From the NCBI RefSeq assembly GCF_004010195.1, contig NC_057719.1, positions 68,289,873-68,353,872 of the forward strand: 64,000 nt of DNA, given 5' to 3'. Positions 26,700 to 40,360 of the stretch are shown in pieces. Source of the DNA: Chiloscyllium plagiosum. Taxonomy: Eukaryota. Position 1 is the stretch's first letter; every line of letters starts with the position of its first letter. A model generated the notes under the pieces. That model saw only the letters and a list, made by a program, of their open reading frames with translations, was not told the DNA's origin and made no database searches. Made by a program: the position numbers and the translations under genes.

Positions 26700-27268
26700 T
26701 AGGGTTTAATTTCCCATCCTCAACTTCACATAGAAAGTCAAAATGAACCAGTCCCAAACTGACCACCTGTGTTCAACATCCTTTCATGGCAGGCTTTCTT
26801 TAGCTGGACCAATCAGGCTGTAGGTTTCCTTGGAGACCAAGCTTCAGAAGCAAAATTTCAGAGGGACGCAGCTGATAGACCCCCTTGGAGAGGAAAACAT
26901 TCTATTAGAGTATCTGAGATGAGGGTGTAGCACTTCCTGCCAGTGAGTTGCACAAGGAGCCATGAGACTCTGGTTCTGGAGGATGGATGTCCTCCCTAGC
27001 CTGGTCTGTGTGCTGTATGAACCCAGACTCCATGGAGTTGGCAGGCCCAGAACGTGATGGAGCACAATTGCACCCATGTCAAAATGGTGATGGTGCCACA
27101 AACTATCCCTAGTTGAGACCTTGAATATATAAAGTATGTGTCCACCTATGTTAAGTTGACATGTTCCCTCAGGTCGGAAGTAGGTCGGGGGCTCGGCTGT
27201 CACACTGCCTCTTCCCATTTTCTGTGGTCCTCTGCCTTCCACTTTCAAGGCAAGGAAAATCTAGTCTA
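26700..27268. mobile_element. Possible Harbinger-type MITE remnant
   Basis: GC-richer block ending GGAAAATCTAGTC, the reverse complement of a GGCTAGATTTTCC-like terminus (compare 47434). Confidence 0.3.
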
Positions 27269-29753
27269 ATGTGTATTTGTGCCTACTGAGGATACTTTTT
27301 TTCCTGAAGATTTTAATTTTTTTTCTAAATCTAGTGGATTTATGTGTCGTAAATGAATGTAGGATTCAGTGACATGAATTTTCTACAAATCCTTTCATAA
27401 ACTATCTTGTGCCACTGCAATTGGAACAAAAATGACATGCTGGGGAGTGCAAGTTGCAGGTATTTGGGAAGGGGAGGTGAGTGACATCAGATATTGGGGT
27501 GCAAGTTTCATTTTCATCCATTTTGCTGAGAGTTTATGGGAAGGCAACTGTTTTTTGGCCATCCTTGGATACCCATGAGGAGGTGTTTCTTGAACTGCTT
27601 TCAAAGGACTTTATAGAGCTGTGTTGCTTACCAGGCCACAACAGAGGGCAGTTAGTGTACATGTTGCTATGAATCTGGTGAACAACTAATTAATAGTGAA
27701 CATAGATAGCTAGTTTCCTTCTCGCAAGTATAATAATAGTTAGATTTTACGATAAAGCAAGTTTCATGGGAGGTCACTTTTGTGATGCTACTTTTTATTT
27801 CCACAATTTTAAAACAAGTCTAAAACATGTTAAAAATTTGATTAATTTGTCTCAGAGAAGAATATTACAGTCTCAACAAACTAATAATGTTATTTACATT
27901 AATTCATGAATACTTCTCTGATTCTAATTATGATTTAAAAGACAGCTGGAAAATAGATGAAGGATTTATAAAGACAATTAAAAATATCAGTTTGAACCTA
28001 GATTAATGAAATAACAGCAACATAAACAGTCGATAATAAGACAAGGTACTAAATGAAACAATTTAACTGCAATTAGCTTACTTGTTTTTCACAAATACCT
28101 CATGTTAGGCAGCTTCTGAAGAATAGTTCTTGAATAGCTAGTTAATTTTATGTTCCGCTTTGCATTATTTAATTGTAAGTAACATGGAATTATGAATTAA
28201 AATTATTTTAGTAGTGCAGAAATTTCGTACAGTGGAAATGTAACTAAAATAATCCACATTTATTCAAGGTGCCCAAGGGAATTTATAAAATTTTCCACTA
28301 GGTCAGAATTTTACTGATCTCTCCACAGATGACAGAGATTCTTGGCTGAGTTTTAGATATGCATTAAGCTTTTGTAATCCTGCTTCAGGCAGTAGCAGTA
28401 AAGTTAAACAATCACTGATTGACTTTTATTAGCTCTGATTTTTAAGCCTGATAGGCTCAGACACACAGCTTGATGGACAGGTTTTTGTCAGACATCCAAG
28501 TTAAGGCCTTTGTAGATGACAAACACGGAAGCAGGCGGCAGTGATCCTGTTTGGAGTTTGCTTGTGTGTTTTGATAATATTTGTTGTCTTTACAATGGCA
28601 GCCTGCTAACTTTAAAGCTTATGATGACGATAAAAAAGGGATGTTTATATCACTAATTTATGCTGTTTTTACTGTGGACATTTAATTCAACCAATCTTTA
28701 TTGCAAGATGTCAGAGAAATTATTAGATATGCACAATTGAGTAAAACATTTTTGAAGATTTCCGTGAAATGCCAAATTTCAAAACCACTCGGAGCATATT
28801 TCATTCTATTTCTAACTTTATTCCAATTTTGCTTATGTTAGTATGCATGAGGTCTTCTGGGTGATGGGAGGAAGTAATTACTGATGCACTGAAATAGGAA
28901 GTACTTTACCTCTGTGAAATCCTACTGTTTTAGGATGCCATGTTAATGTATATAGAAACTGAAGTCAGCACAAATTACTTCCTGCAGTAGCTGTTCCTGA
29001 ATACAAACTCCATATTCTTTAAGACCCTCTTAAACTGATTTGTATACATCGAATATTAACGCACCATCTGTTAGAGATTTCTATATACTGAATTCATCTT
29101 TACATTTTTATTCATTTTAACTTTCCCTTCTCACTTGTTGTTTGCTTTTATACCCCATTTTTCTTTAATTACTTGCAAAACTCTTCATTCTTTCCTCTCC
29201 CTTTTTTGTTTACAAGTTCATTGAGTTGGAGACATGGGGGCTCCAGTGTATTGTACTGCCAATACCTATATTTCCGATGAAATAGCCTCTCATCCATCTC
29301 TCTAGTGCTGCCATTGAGCAATTTCAAATGGAATAAAGTGGATTATCTTAAGAGAGAATGAACAATGGGGGAGAGTTGCGGTTCATTGGGAGCAATGTGC
29401 CTGCCTAACCTCTCAAATATTAATGGTAAGTGGTCCAGGGGCCCATTACAATGTTAGCAAATGCAATTTTTTTTGTCTAAGCAGGAAAGGGTATTTACTC
29501 CTTTTCACAAAGGGACTATTGTACATCTGTATTTTAAAAGCAAACAGATTTGTAATCAGTGTTGGACATTCATGCTCAATGATGAGGGATTGAATTGTTT
29601 ATTGGAGGTCTAATAATGAGGCTGAGGTTGTGTTATAAGTTAATAAAATGTATTCAGGTTTTCAATGCAGGTAATTTTTACTGATTTCCTGAAATGCAAT
29701 GTGGTAGTTTTTATAAAAGCTTTTTCTTGAAAAGTGAAGAATAATGTGTGGTT

Positions 29754-30629
29754 CAGCGGTCCAGGACATTCAATCTCGGACCTTCAGCTGACTGTCCTCC
29801 AAGGCAGACTTCGGGATACGCAACAATAAAAAGTGGCTGAGCAGAGGTTGATAGCTAAGTTCTAAGTTCTGTACCCATGGGGATGGTCTCAAATGGGACC
29901 TTGGGTTCATGTCACACTACAGGTAACCCCATTGCACTATACACGCACACAGACAGATGGACACACACACACACAAAGACTCTCTCTCATACACTCACAC
30001 ATACACTCCCACACACACCCTCTCACAGACTTAAAACCCTTTCCACTCACACACATACACGTACCCTCTCACAGACACTCTTAACCTCCCCGATGCCCCC
30101 TCTACACACACACCCACACACATGCACACATACACATATAAGTTTGTGGGGTGAATTTGTACTTGCAGAATTACATTTTACTTTCCTCAAAAACTGCATG
30201 AATCCATGTAAGATTCTGTAAATACATTTTTTTAGATTAGAATCAGTCTGACCATTGTGGCACAGACAGCCTCACAGGGAGTTAACATCTTCAATACCTT
30301 ATCTGGGCCGACATGACACCAATTGTTAAAGTTCACTTGACAATGTCACTTTTTAAAAAAGTTCTGTGATTTACATATGAAAGAACTGAAACTAACATGG
30401 TCATTCTAAAAGATGAGAGACTTAACAAACAATTCAGGTCTTTTTCAATATATAATTTCAGTTATGTCACACTGGAAACGTTTGCTATAAATTCTGAGTC
30501 TTCCAATCACCTGATGAAGGAGCGGTGCTCCAAAAGCTAATGCTTCCATGTAAACCTGTTCGACTATAACCTGGTGTTGTGTGATTTTTAACTTTGTACA
30601 CCCCAGTCCAACACCGGTGTCTCCAAATC
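29754..30629 (+). mobile_element. 5'-truncated Penelope-like element (family 2) with GIY-YIG C-terminus and CA-rich UTR
   Basis: FSGPGHSISDLQLTVLQGRLRDTQQ*KVAEQRLIAKF..THGDGL..DLGFMSHYR*. Hammerhead-like CTGATGAAGGAGCGGTGCTCCAAAAGCT at 30511-30538 (GAAA decayed to AAAA). TSD ATAATGTGTGGTT at 29741-29753 and 30630-30642. Confidence 0.85.
29938..30140 (+). repeat. (CA)n-rich low-complexity tract within the Penelope UTR
   Basis: Degenerate CA/CT dinucleotide repeats. Confidence 0.85.
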
Positions 30630-31564
30630 ATAATGTGTGGTTGTGCAGTGACAGCATGGCTACCTCTCAGTCAGAGGTTTTGTGTTAAAATCTCACTGCA
30701 AGACTTGTTGGCTGTGGAAAGTGTCTTCATAATGTGGCCTTGTATGTTGGTTATTATCTGTAAGTCATTCCAATATGTCTGATGGCAGGTGGGAGTTTTC
30801 TGGTAAGCCAAAAATGAAGAAAGCAATGGGAAATCATTGCAATATTTTCCCAAGTATAATCATAAATCCATTCAATGGAAGCCTGTGGTATGTAAGGACA
30901 CATTCTTATATCATGGCACCCAAAGAGAAAGAATAATTTCTAATATATAACTTTCAACCGAGTAGAAAGGTTTAGAGCACTTGTTATTGTTTGGAAATCA
31001 CAGGGAAATTGTCACTGGAGCATTTTTGTTTCTTATTTCATGTTAAGTTTCCCACAACAGACCTGATGTCAAATGCACCAGGAGCTCATGTTCATTCAAA
31101 GAAGGTCATTTGATAATTCAACATGTAGGATTGTGATTGTTGAATTAGCTTCAAAGTCCAAACTATTGACATTTGAGATCTCTGTAACAATAGCCTTATT
31201 GATAAATTACTGGAGAGACTGGTGCATTGTTCATTCAGTTCTTCAACATTTTTTTCATGTGGCCTTCCTCATGCCAATGCAACCCAACCCTAATGAAAGG
31301 TGTTGTATGTTAGTGACTGGATTGACCAAGCATTCAAATATGAAGGCAGTTGATGTTCTTTAAGGATACACTGTTCTGAATTAACATCAAAGAAGCATTT
31401 TTCAAGAATTATTTAGCATCTTCTATATTTTATTAATGTATCATTTTTCAAATTTAATCAGCCAGGTATAAATGTTTATTCTTTTGGTTTCTCTTCTCAC
31501 TTCTGCAATATCGTCTTTGGCATCTTCAACATATCGATTCTTGCCTCCTTTTCTTATTTCTCAT

Positions 31565-32722
31565 TTACATGCTGCCCCTTGGCCACAGACAGCATAGATT
31601 GGTAGCTGCATAAAAGGAGGTTTCTGTGACAGGTGCAGTGAAATGAAGAGTGGGGTTTTCTGAGCTGGCAGGACTTGGATGTCTCAGCATCCTCGCAGGA
31701 ACAGAAATGTTCTTCTGATTAAGGAATGGGATTCCTTCCCCATCTTGGGTAAAGAACTTGATGTTGGGCACCCCTCCACCCGGCTCGCTTTGCCCTGTTA
31801 AGGACTGTTTTCTTCTGGAATGAGAGAAAAGGAGGGATTGAGTGAGATGAAAGTGGGTGGCCTAGTTGTTGGTGGTCAAAAGGTGGTCAGGTGGCCTGGG
31901 TGAGTGAGTACGTAGCCATGCAGTGCTAATGGTGTGGGCTATTATGGGGGATACCAGAATGACTGATGGTGCAGACAATAGTGAGTTAGAGAGTTTGGCA
32001 CTGGAAAAGCACAGCAGGTCAGGCAGCATCCGAGGAGCAGAAGAATCAATGCTTCGGGCATAAGCCCTTCATCAGGAATAGGGCAATCAATAGTGAGCGT
32101 GGTAGAGCCACGAGCCTTGGTGGGAGGTGACTGCTGTAGCAAAGAGTAAGAGAGAGGTAGCAGAAAATGGTGGGTGGCATTCTCCTGGTGGAGTGGAGAA
32201 GGTCACTTATTCTGTTGTGTCATTTTTGCTGCTTCCTCCAGACTGTGGAGGCTGTACTGACCCAGGTGACAGGAAACAAGCAGTCAGGGTCTGGTGATGT
32301 GGCCTGATCAGTCGGTCCTTTGGGAAGAGGACTGCCCTTTGCTGGACTGATCCATTCAACAGGACCTCCAAGTTTTTGTTGGAAAGTCGCTGTGCAGTTT
32401 TCCTCCTTCTCCCAAATCTTCAGAATGAGAGTCCATCACCGAGCAGGGCAGCTTCAGTGTGCCAGCACTCATCTGAAGCATGGAGGCTTTTAAAGATGGT
32501 GTAGTGCGAGGAATGGCAGATGTCAGTGAACAGCGAGTTGTTCTGTGAATGGCAATTGACAAGCTGGGGCTGGAATTGGATGAGAGAGGTGCCTTAGAAG
32601 TTGGGTAGGCAGTTAATGCAGTGATTTTGGTAACATACAGCAAGAGAGCTCACTAGTCAAATGAAGAGAAACCCTCCATACAACTCTGTGAAACTGATAG
32701 CAATCCAAAAGATTCCACCCTA
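31565..32722 (-). mobile_element. Second Harbinger-type element with Myb/SANT ORF remnant at 32184-32400
   Basis: Minus-strand TAQRLSNKNLEVLLNGSVQQRAVLFPKDRLIRPHHQTLTAC..WVSTASTVWR..NRISDLLHSTR; terminus-like AAGATTCCACCC at ~32709-32720. Left boundary approximate. Confidence 0.65.
31985..32078 (-). mobile_element. Penelope terminal-repeat fragment (family 1) with hammerhead motif
   Basis: Minus strand CCTGATGAAGGGCTTATGCCCGAAGCATTG; GAAA core mutated to GAAG. Confidence 0.75.
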
Positions 32723-33654
32723 TGTCTCTACTTATAAAGCTCAGGATTCCTACCATAACTACCAGGCATATCTGCACTGTGGTCAGTGGATGATGAATTA
32801 ATATTGTTAGTTTAGCTCCCTTTTTACAATTATATTTTCAAGTTAAAGCAGACTATTGATCAAACGTTTCTTCAGACAAAATAATAATGAGTTTATTGCA
32901 AGCTATTGTTGAACCTTCTTGAGAATAATGTAAGAGTCCACTGTTTTTATTTTCTTTTTTTGACTATAAACTGGAATGAAAATCAGCCACTGAAATAGTA
33001 GGAGTATTTTGCAACTTGGAAAATCAAGTGTTGAACGTTTCTAAACCATTTACTTTCTCCTTTCTCTGTATTTTCTCTCTCTTTCTGTCTCTAATTTCTC
33101 TCCCTAATATCTTTCATGCATTTGGGGTTTGTAATATGGTATAGTTTACATCACATTAGTAGATTAATAATCCTTGGTCTCTCTCCCATTTGTTAAAGTT
33201 AAGTCCTAATGATGATATCTGCTATGAATTACTTTTGTCTGACTGGCAGTCAGTCAGGCAAATTGGTCATTTTGGTTTAATTGGGATTTTACAAATTTTG
33301 TGGTGGTTTCTGGAACAGTGGGACATGATTATCAATGCACTTTTCCCAGTTACGTCATGACAATAAAGGGAGCAAGTTATGAACTAATAAACTTGCAGAC
33401 ATGAAAACAAATACAGATGAGACATAAGAATAATTTGTGAAGAAAATATCCCAATAAGTCTCTGTGATGTGCTATTGGATCTCCTTTTAACTGAAATTCA
33501 GAAGCCAGCTTTTGAAACTAGATCCAGCAGTCGACTGGTCATTGCGTAACTGATACAGTTTGCAGAGTATGCTTTGAACATTTAAGCATTTGAAAATTGC
33601 TTGGACAATTCCTTTTAACTTCGCCAGCATTTTCTCCCCATCCCAAATTTCCTA

Positions 33655-33855
33655 TAAGGTAGTTAAGAGTCAACCACATTGCTGTGGGTTAGAGTCACAT
33701 GCAGGCCAAACCAGGTAAGAAGGGATGATTTCCTTCATAAATAATATTAGTAAACCAGATGTGCTGTAGTGGGATTCAAATTCATAATCCCAGAACGTTA
33801 GCCTGAGGTTCTGGATTACTAGGCCAATGATTCATATCACAAGGTCACACCCTCC
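33655..33855 (-). mobile_element. tRNA-derived SINE, second family
   Basis: AGTTAAGAGTCAACCACATTGCTGTGGG..GAGTCACATGCAGGCCAAACCAGGTAAG; same family as 5885-6128. Confidence 0.6.
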
Positions 33856-34096
33856 CTCAGTCCAACCTCCAAGATGAACTGAAATTAGCATTTTTTAATA
33901 AAAAGAACCTGAAACAATTAAACAGATCTGTATATCCTGCTTGATTTACACCATTATGAAAAGTTCATATGTTGAAGATTTCTTTTTCCAAAATCAACTG
34001 CAAATATCATTCAGTAGGAATCATTTAATCTAGATATGAAATACACAAATCAGCTATATTTCAGAAATTGCTTTGGCAGAGCTTAGGAGGTGAATT

Positions 34097-34290
34097 TGAA
34101 TTGAATTGAATTTATTGTCATGTGTACCGAGGCACAGTGAAAAGCTTTGCCTTGTGAGTAATACAGACAGATCACATTGTTAAGTAGCATTGATTGTAGA
34201 ACAGTTATAGGAAATAGAACACTTAAATCTGTACGCAGGAGCTCACAAGGAGTCGACCATATCTGGCACCATCTTGCGTCCTATGATTTG
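34097..34290 (-). mobile_element. Rex1/Babar-like LINE 3' end or a SINE derived from it
   Basis: (TGAAT)n tail followed by TTTATTGTCATGTGTACCGAGG..CAGTGAAAAG; similar piece at ~38905-38980. Confidence 0.5.
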
Positions 34291-34419
34291 CTACTAGATA
34301 TGGGACTGGATAACATTTTCTCTCTATCTCTGTCTATTGAAGAAAGTTGCCAAGCAACTAGTGACGAAGCGAATTGAAGAAACATCCAAACATCAAGAAA
34401 TCAAAACAGATTGTTTTAA

Positions 34420-34720
34420 TTCTTTCACAGAATGTGGGTATCGCTGGCTAGGCCACCATTTATTGGCCACAGGGCAGTTAAAAGTCAAGTACATTGCTGT
34501 GGATCTGAAGTCTTACATAGGCCAGATGAGGTAAGGATAGCAGATTTCCTTCTGTAAAGATTAGGTGAACCAAATAGATTTTTATAAAGATTAACAGTAG
34601 TCACCATTAGAATAGCTTTTTTAATTTCAGGTCTTAACTGAATTCAAATTTCACTATATGCAATGGTGGTATTCAAACCCATGAACCCAAAACAGAAAAT
34701 CGGGGTTCTTGCATATTAGC
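34420..34720 (-). mobile_element. tRNA-derived SINE, second family
   Basis: GGGCAGTTAAAAGTCAAG.ACATTGCTGTGG..GTAAGGATAGCAGATTTCCTT..GAATTCAAATTTCAC. Confidence 0.6.
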
Positions 34721-35159
34721 CTTTGCCTTGAGATGTGAATTTTCTTTTCTGAAGATGTTGCCTCTCAGAAACCTTGAGTTCTCATCTTAAAATTTCACAG
34801 CTTTATACAGATTACACTTGGAATGGCGTTTATATTAACTTTTGATGAATCATTGTCTCTCAAAGCAAAGTCAACTATGTTGAAATTCCCTGAGGGATTT
34901 TCTTCCAGTCTTTTGCTTGTTTCAGAAACTTTTGAATTTTTAAACTTTCAAAAATTCATTGTGTCGATGAAAAGGGGCATGAAATTCTGACTGGTTCTCT
35001 TTGTGGTTTTATCAAGATAACTTGCATGTCTCTTGCTTTTTGACTGGCTGAAGTGAACCAACAAGAACCACCCTTGTAACTTGCAAAGCCATTTTTTTAT
35101 ATACTGTAACTATTCCTTTAAATGTCAAATTAGCTTTTTAAAACATAGTATTATGCAGT

Positions 35160-36125
35160 TTTACAGAGGTAATGACTGTATGAAATTCTTTACCACAGAG
35201 AGAAGTCAAAGTTGCCTTGTTAAGTATATTCAAGGCCAAGTTTTGAATCAGTAAGGTGAATCTATAAGGGTTATGGGGAAAATGCAAGAAAGTGGTCTTG
35301 GGGATTATCAGATCAGCCATGATCTCATTGAATGACAGAGCAAACTCAATGTGTTGAATGGTCTACTTCTGCCCGTACACCTTATGGTAATCCTGTATGG
35401 CTTCTTAACTGTTTTCTCAAACTGCCCTGCCTGCTTCAATGATTTCTGGACATGTACCCAAAGTCTCTGTGTCACACTTCCTTTGAGAATTGTACAATTC
35501 AGTATATGTGGCTTGTCTCCTTCTTCCGACTGGAATGCATTCCTTCACACACCTCAGCTTTCAGTTTCAGTTGCCACATGTCCATACATTTCATCAGCTT
35601 CCATATGGCTGCATGACAGCTATCACTATCTTCTTCACAGTTTGCAATATTTCAAGTTCCATGTCATTTCCAAGTTTTGAAATTGTTCTCTGCCCATTCA
35701 TAGGTAATTGATGCAGGGATTTATAGATAGACGCAGAAAGATGTGTCCCACAGCTGTGAAGCCTAGAAGCAGGGAACACAGCTTCTGAGACCAAGACAAG
35801 TCATTTCGGACTGATAAGAGAAGAAATGTCTTTACTCAGAGTGTGTGAATTTTTAAAATTCTCTACCTACACAGGCATAAGGAAGCTGTGCACTTAGTAA
35901 ATCCAAGGCTGAGTTTGATAGATTTCCGCTAAGATTAGATTAGATTCCCTACAGTGTGGAAACAGGCCCTTCGGCCCAACCAGTCCACACCGGCTCTCTG
36001 AAGAGTAACCCACCCAGACCCATTTCCTTCTGACTAATGCACCTAGCATATTAGTGCACTATGGATTACTAATGACATTGAGAGTTAGAGGAATGGTATA
36101 AGATATAGCTTTGAGGCTGATGATC
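35160..36125. mobile_element. Cluster of CR1 3' fragments in both orientations plus a truncated HE1-like SINE (35932-36047, minus)
   Basis: CR1 tail motifs TCAGCCATGATCTCATTGAATG and TTTACTCAGAGTGTGTGAAT; SINE tail AGATTAGATTAGATTCCCTACAGTGTGGAAACAGGCCCTTCGG. Confidence 0.65.
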
Positions 36126-36423
36126 AAGCATAAACTTCCCAGCTCAGCGAGCAAACGTACATCCATGATATTACTCTTCCTGTGTTCCTATCAAGACCAC
36201 ATCTGAAATTATCACATGTACACACAAGACACCCAGTTCTACCTCATATTATCTCTGCCAGCATCTCCAATATTGATAAATTAATACAGAGATTGAGGAA
36301 GGAAAATCAAAGTCAACTTTTTTTCTTCCTTGTGATGTGGACATTGTGGGCAATGCTAGCATTTTTTGCTCAACATTTGTTTAACTATCTTGGAGGGCAT
36401 TTTAGGGTTGGTCACATTGCGAT

Positions 36424-36640
36424 AGGGAGTCAGTTAGCTCAGTTGGCTGGATGACTGGTTTGCAATGCAGAGTGATACCAATAGCATGTTTAACTCCACA
36501 CCAACTGAGGTTATCATGAAGGACAATCTTTCTCAACTTCTCCCCTTGCCTGAGGTGAGGTGTCCCTTGGATTAAACCAGAACCAGTCATCTTTCTTTAA
36601 TGACAGAGCAGCCCGACAGGACTACCATGACTTTACCTTT
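36424..36640 (+). mobile_element. tRNA-derived SINE (third family) nested in a minus-strand second-family SINE (~36320-36890)
   Basis: A-box head GTTAGCTCAGTTGG, tail CTTTACCTTT, flanked by ACATTGCGAT / ACATTGCTGT direct repeats. Confidence 0.6.
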
Positions 36641-37277
36641 ACATTGCTGTCGCCTCAGGAAGAGGTCTGACCAGATTTGGATGGCAGATGTTATTTCACC
36701 AAGGGGATTATTGAAAAAAATATGTTTTTACAACAATAAGTGATCATTTATTGTTCACCATTACTGACACTACCATTCAATTTCAGATTTATTAATTGAA
36801 TTTAAATTTCATCAGCTACCATGGTGAGATCTGAGAATGTGCTGCCAGAATCGCTGGTCGAGTAATATTACCACGATACCACTACCTCCTCAGTGTGAGT
36901 CAAAAAGTTTAGTTTTTTTGATAACTTTGCTTCTTTGTAGTAACAGTATACATAAAGTTTCTGGGGCCTTTTTTTGTTGCTTAAGGCAAAGAGGGACAAA
37001 TTTTGTTGACGCAGCTATAGGTTAAATAATCCACTTCCATTTTGCTGACAAAAGAAATGGTTTTTGAATACTCATGTAAATTAACTGCAGGTGCAATGTG
37101 TTGTGCCTATCGTACAATATCTTTGCTGCCCAGCTAGACAAAACATCTGTTTGAATTTTCAGACTGGTGAATAACTCAGACTGGGGAAATAAAGTTATAA
37201 CTGTAAGTGTCAGTTTATTTTGATATGTCTTCTCAGGTTTTGAAACCTGTGTTTTTACCATATTTGGCACAGACCAA

Positions 37278-37590
37278 AGATTTGATTCCCTACAGTATGG
37301 AAACAGACCCTTTGGTGCAACCAGTCCACACCAACCCTCCGAAGAGCAACCCACCCAGACCCATTTTCCCTCTGACTAATGTACCTAACACTACAGGCAG
37401 TTAAACATGGCCAATTCACCTAACCTGCACATCTTTGGCTGTGGGAGGAAACCAGAGCACCCAGAGGAAACCCACGCAGACATGGGGAGAATGTGCAAAC
37501 TCCACACAGCCAGTCACCTGAGGCTGAAATCGAACCAGGGACCTTGGTGCTGTGAGGCAGCAGTGCTAACCACTGAGCCACCGTGCCTCC
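37278..37590 (-). mobile_element. HE1-like V-SINE, full length
   Basis: Same head, V-domain and tail as 6192-6510. Confidence 0.9.
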
Positions 37591-38184
37591 GCAGAATCAA
37601 GATGTTTTGAGCTGGTGGTTCTTTGATTGACAACTATGTTGAGGTGGACCTGGTTTGGTACAAGCAGAGACCAATGTTTCTTTCTATCTCACTTAAGGGA
37701 CAACTCCATAACCTGCGACTTACAATTGCAGATCTATATCATTTTGCTTATTCTGGGAGCAACTGCATATAGTCTGTCACCCATAGAGAAATATTCTCAT
37801 TTGTACATCCATTTTCAAGATTCACTGTATATAAAAAGATCAGGGGAGAACTCCTTTCTTTCCTTGATAGGTAATAAAGCTGACATGCCTTTTTTAGCGC
37901 AGAATGTCAGGTCTTGTTCTCTCATTACCTTCCAGTCAAAACTGGCCTCCAGCCAGGTAACACCACAATGTTAAAGTTCTCATTTGTTTTCAAATCCCTC
38001 CATGGCTTTCTCTTCAAAGGTGCTGCCAGATCTGCTGAGTTTTACCACTAATTTCTGAATTTTTGTACAATGCTGAGGTTTTGTTGTTGGATCCCTGAGT
38101 CATTGCCTACCTAAAATAGTTTATTTAGATATTAAGAAGTTAAAGGCACAATTCAGATCGTAAGAGATGTGAGGAACAAATCCA

Positions 38185-38785
38185 AGAGAGGTCAGTGGAA
38201 TTGAAACTGACCAGAAATCTAGAGAATCAAGGATGACATTATTGGATTCCAACAACCACAGCCATCTTCCTTTGTGTGAGGTATGGCTGCAACAAGTTCT
38301 GAGCTTTCCCTGATACCCATTGACTCCAATTTTGCTAGCCCTGCTGATGTTATACTTAGTCAAATGCTACTTTGATGCAAGGGCTGTTACTGTTGCGTTG
38401 CCTTGTCCATGTAGGCATCAAGGCCATAATGAGGAGCCAAGTGTTCATAACAGAATTTTATCCTATTTGGAGGACAAGACATCATATGAGAAGTTTTCCA
38501 CAATGTTAGGTACTGGAGCAGCTTGGTTAGGGGATGCAGCTAGCTCTGGAGCAGATGTCTTCAGTACAACCACCAAAATATCAGGGCTTATAACCTTTGC
38601 TGTATCCAGTGCCTCCAGTTGTTTCGAGATATTGGATGGAGTGAATTTAATTGGCTGCAGACTGGCATTTGTGATGCAGTTGTCCTCTGAAATCTTGTTT
38701 GAGCACGCATGTAGAACTGTGTTGTAACTTTCGCAGTTTGGCATCTCACTTATCAGCAGACCTGGTACTGTCCTGGCATAGTGTA
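38185..38785 (-). mobile_element. RTEX-like LINE fragment
   Basis: ORF 38463-38744 (ITNASLQPIKFTPSNISKQLEALDTAK..PD...VVLKTSAPELA) is homologous to 63690-63850. Confidence 0.7.
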
Positions 38786-39959
38786 TTTGAGTATTTTTAA
38801 AACTCAGTATAATTTGAATGTGATTATATTGAGGTTTGTTTTGCTAATTTGAAGTTTTCAGTGTGGAGTCCATTTTGTCCATAACACCAACCTGTTTTTT
38901 TTAAAATTTGATTTATTATTGTCACATGTACCTAGGTATAGTGAAAAATTGTGTTTTGCATGCAGTACCAGCAGTTGCCATATTGAGAGGGTGAGAGAAG
39001 CATAATAAATAATTTATTGAGTGATGACCTCTGTGTTTGAGACTGTCTGTAGTTGGCAGATATGTTACAAGTTATTCTGGTAAGACCTGGTCGTCATTTT
39101 CTTCTGTTACAGAATGTCCTAATTAATTATGGCTTTGAGTTTTAATAGCTCAGGTTTCCTGACTGCCTCGCTGAGTGCAATTGTTTGTGATGGCAGGCGA
39201 ACAAGTAAGTAGTTCCCGTGTATCTGGTTCATTCATGTGACTCTCAGCTGCTTCTGTTGAGAGTTCCAGGAAACTCCTGACAGAGCAAAAATAAAGCTAA
39301 GTGAAGGGAGTCAAACAAACTTAGAGGAACAACAGGAACAGTTTCTGAATAGCTTTGAAACTAAATTCAATGTGGATTAGAAACTGGAGTTCCATAAAGT
39401 CACTGGTAGATCAGATTCTCCCTCTCAGAATCTGCCAGATTAAAACTGAACATCCACGAGACCCAGGTTGAGTATATTCAGTCAAGCTACAGTGTCAAAT
39501 GAAGCAAGACTCCTTTGGATGAAAATACGAGATTAGCTTTCACCAGTGAACCTCAGATGGAAACATGTTCATACTAAGCAACTACTGGGTCACACGAAGT
39601 AGATTTAAAAGTCCATGAGAAAATCAATAATGAATAAAATGGGAACAAATTTATGCAGAAATTTAGCAATAAACATATTCCACATCAAACATGAGAAAGC
39701 TTAAAATCATACAAAGGAGGAGACTTAAAAGAACAATGCAGCAACTCTGTAACGACTGTAACAAGGAAAGATCAGATGAACTTGGGGAGTAACTATTGTG
39801 GGTGGAGAGTAAAATGAGCACTGTTGTCATTCAGTTCTTTTTTGGATTAAAAATATTTAAGTATATCTTAGTTACACATTGATGAAAGGGATGACGTACA
39901 ACTAAGAATACTGAAACTGATCAGCAAGAAGCAATCTGCAGCAGAAATGAGAGAGGATA

Positions 39960-40360
39960 AAACAGGAGAAATATACTTCACTCAATTCATTTATTTTAGA
40001 AGACAATTTAACAGGAGGTTTAACAGAAGTTCTGAAGAGTTTTCATTGAATGAATGAGGAGAAACTGCTCCAATGATAATGGGGTTGGTAGTCAAAGGAC
40101 ACTGACGCACGTTAGTTAGCAAGAGGGACAGAAATGAAATGAGGTTACTTTTCTTTGCCTATGATGGTCTGGAATACTATACTTGAAAGGTGGGTGGAAG
40201 CAGATTAAACAATAACATTTCAAAACATTTGGATAAATATTTGCAAAAAATGGGCAAAAGCCTCCAGGGCTATTTGGGAAAAAGAACAGAAAAGTGGGCC
40301 TAATTGAACAGTTCTGTTAAGGAACTGAAAAAAATATCAATGTCCTCCTCTTATGTTCTG
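39960..40360 (+). mobile_element. CR1 LINE 3' fragment (decayed)
   Basis: GGAGGTTTAACAGAAG..GGTGGGTGGAAGCAGATT..TTGGATAAATATTTG resemble CR1 3' motifs. Confidence 0.55.

Noticed and set aside
29877..30221. His/Thr-rich ORFs
   Set aside because: Translation of a CA-rich microsatellite in a Penelope UTR.
38320..38727. 135-aa plus-strand ORF with hydrophobic N-terminus
   Set aside because: Antisense to an RTEX-like LINE fragment.
39113..39204. Exon-like segment (TTCTGTTACAG ... GTAAGT)
   Set aside because: Stops in all three frames from that acceptor and no recognisable peptide; a non-coding exon cannot be supported without RNA data.
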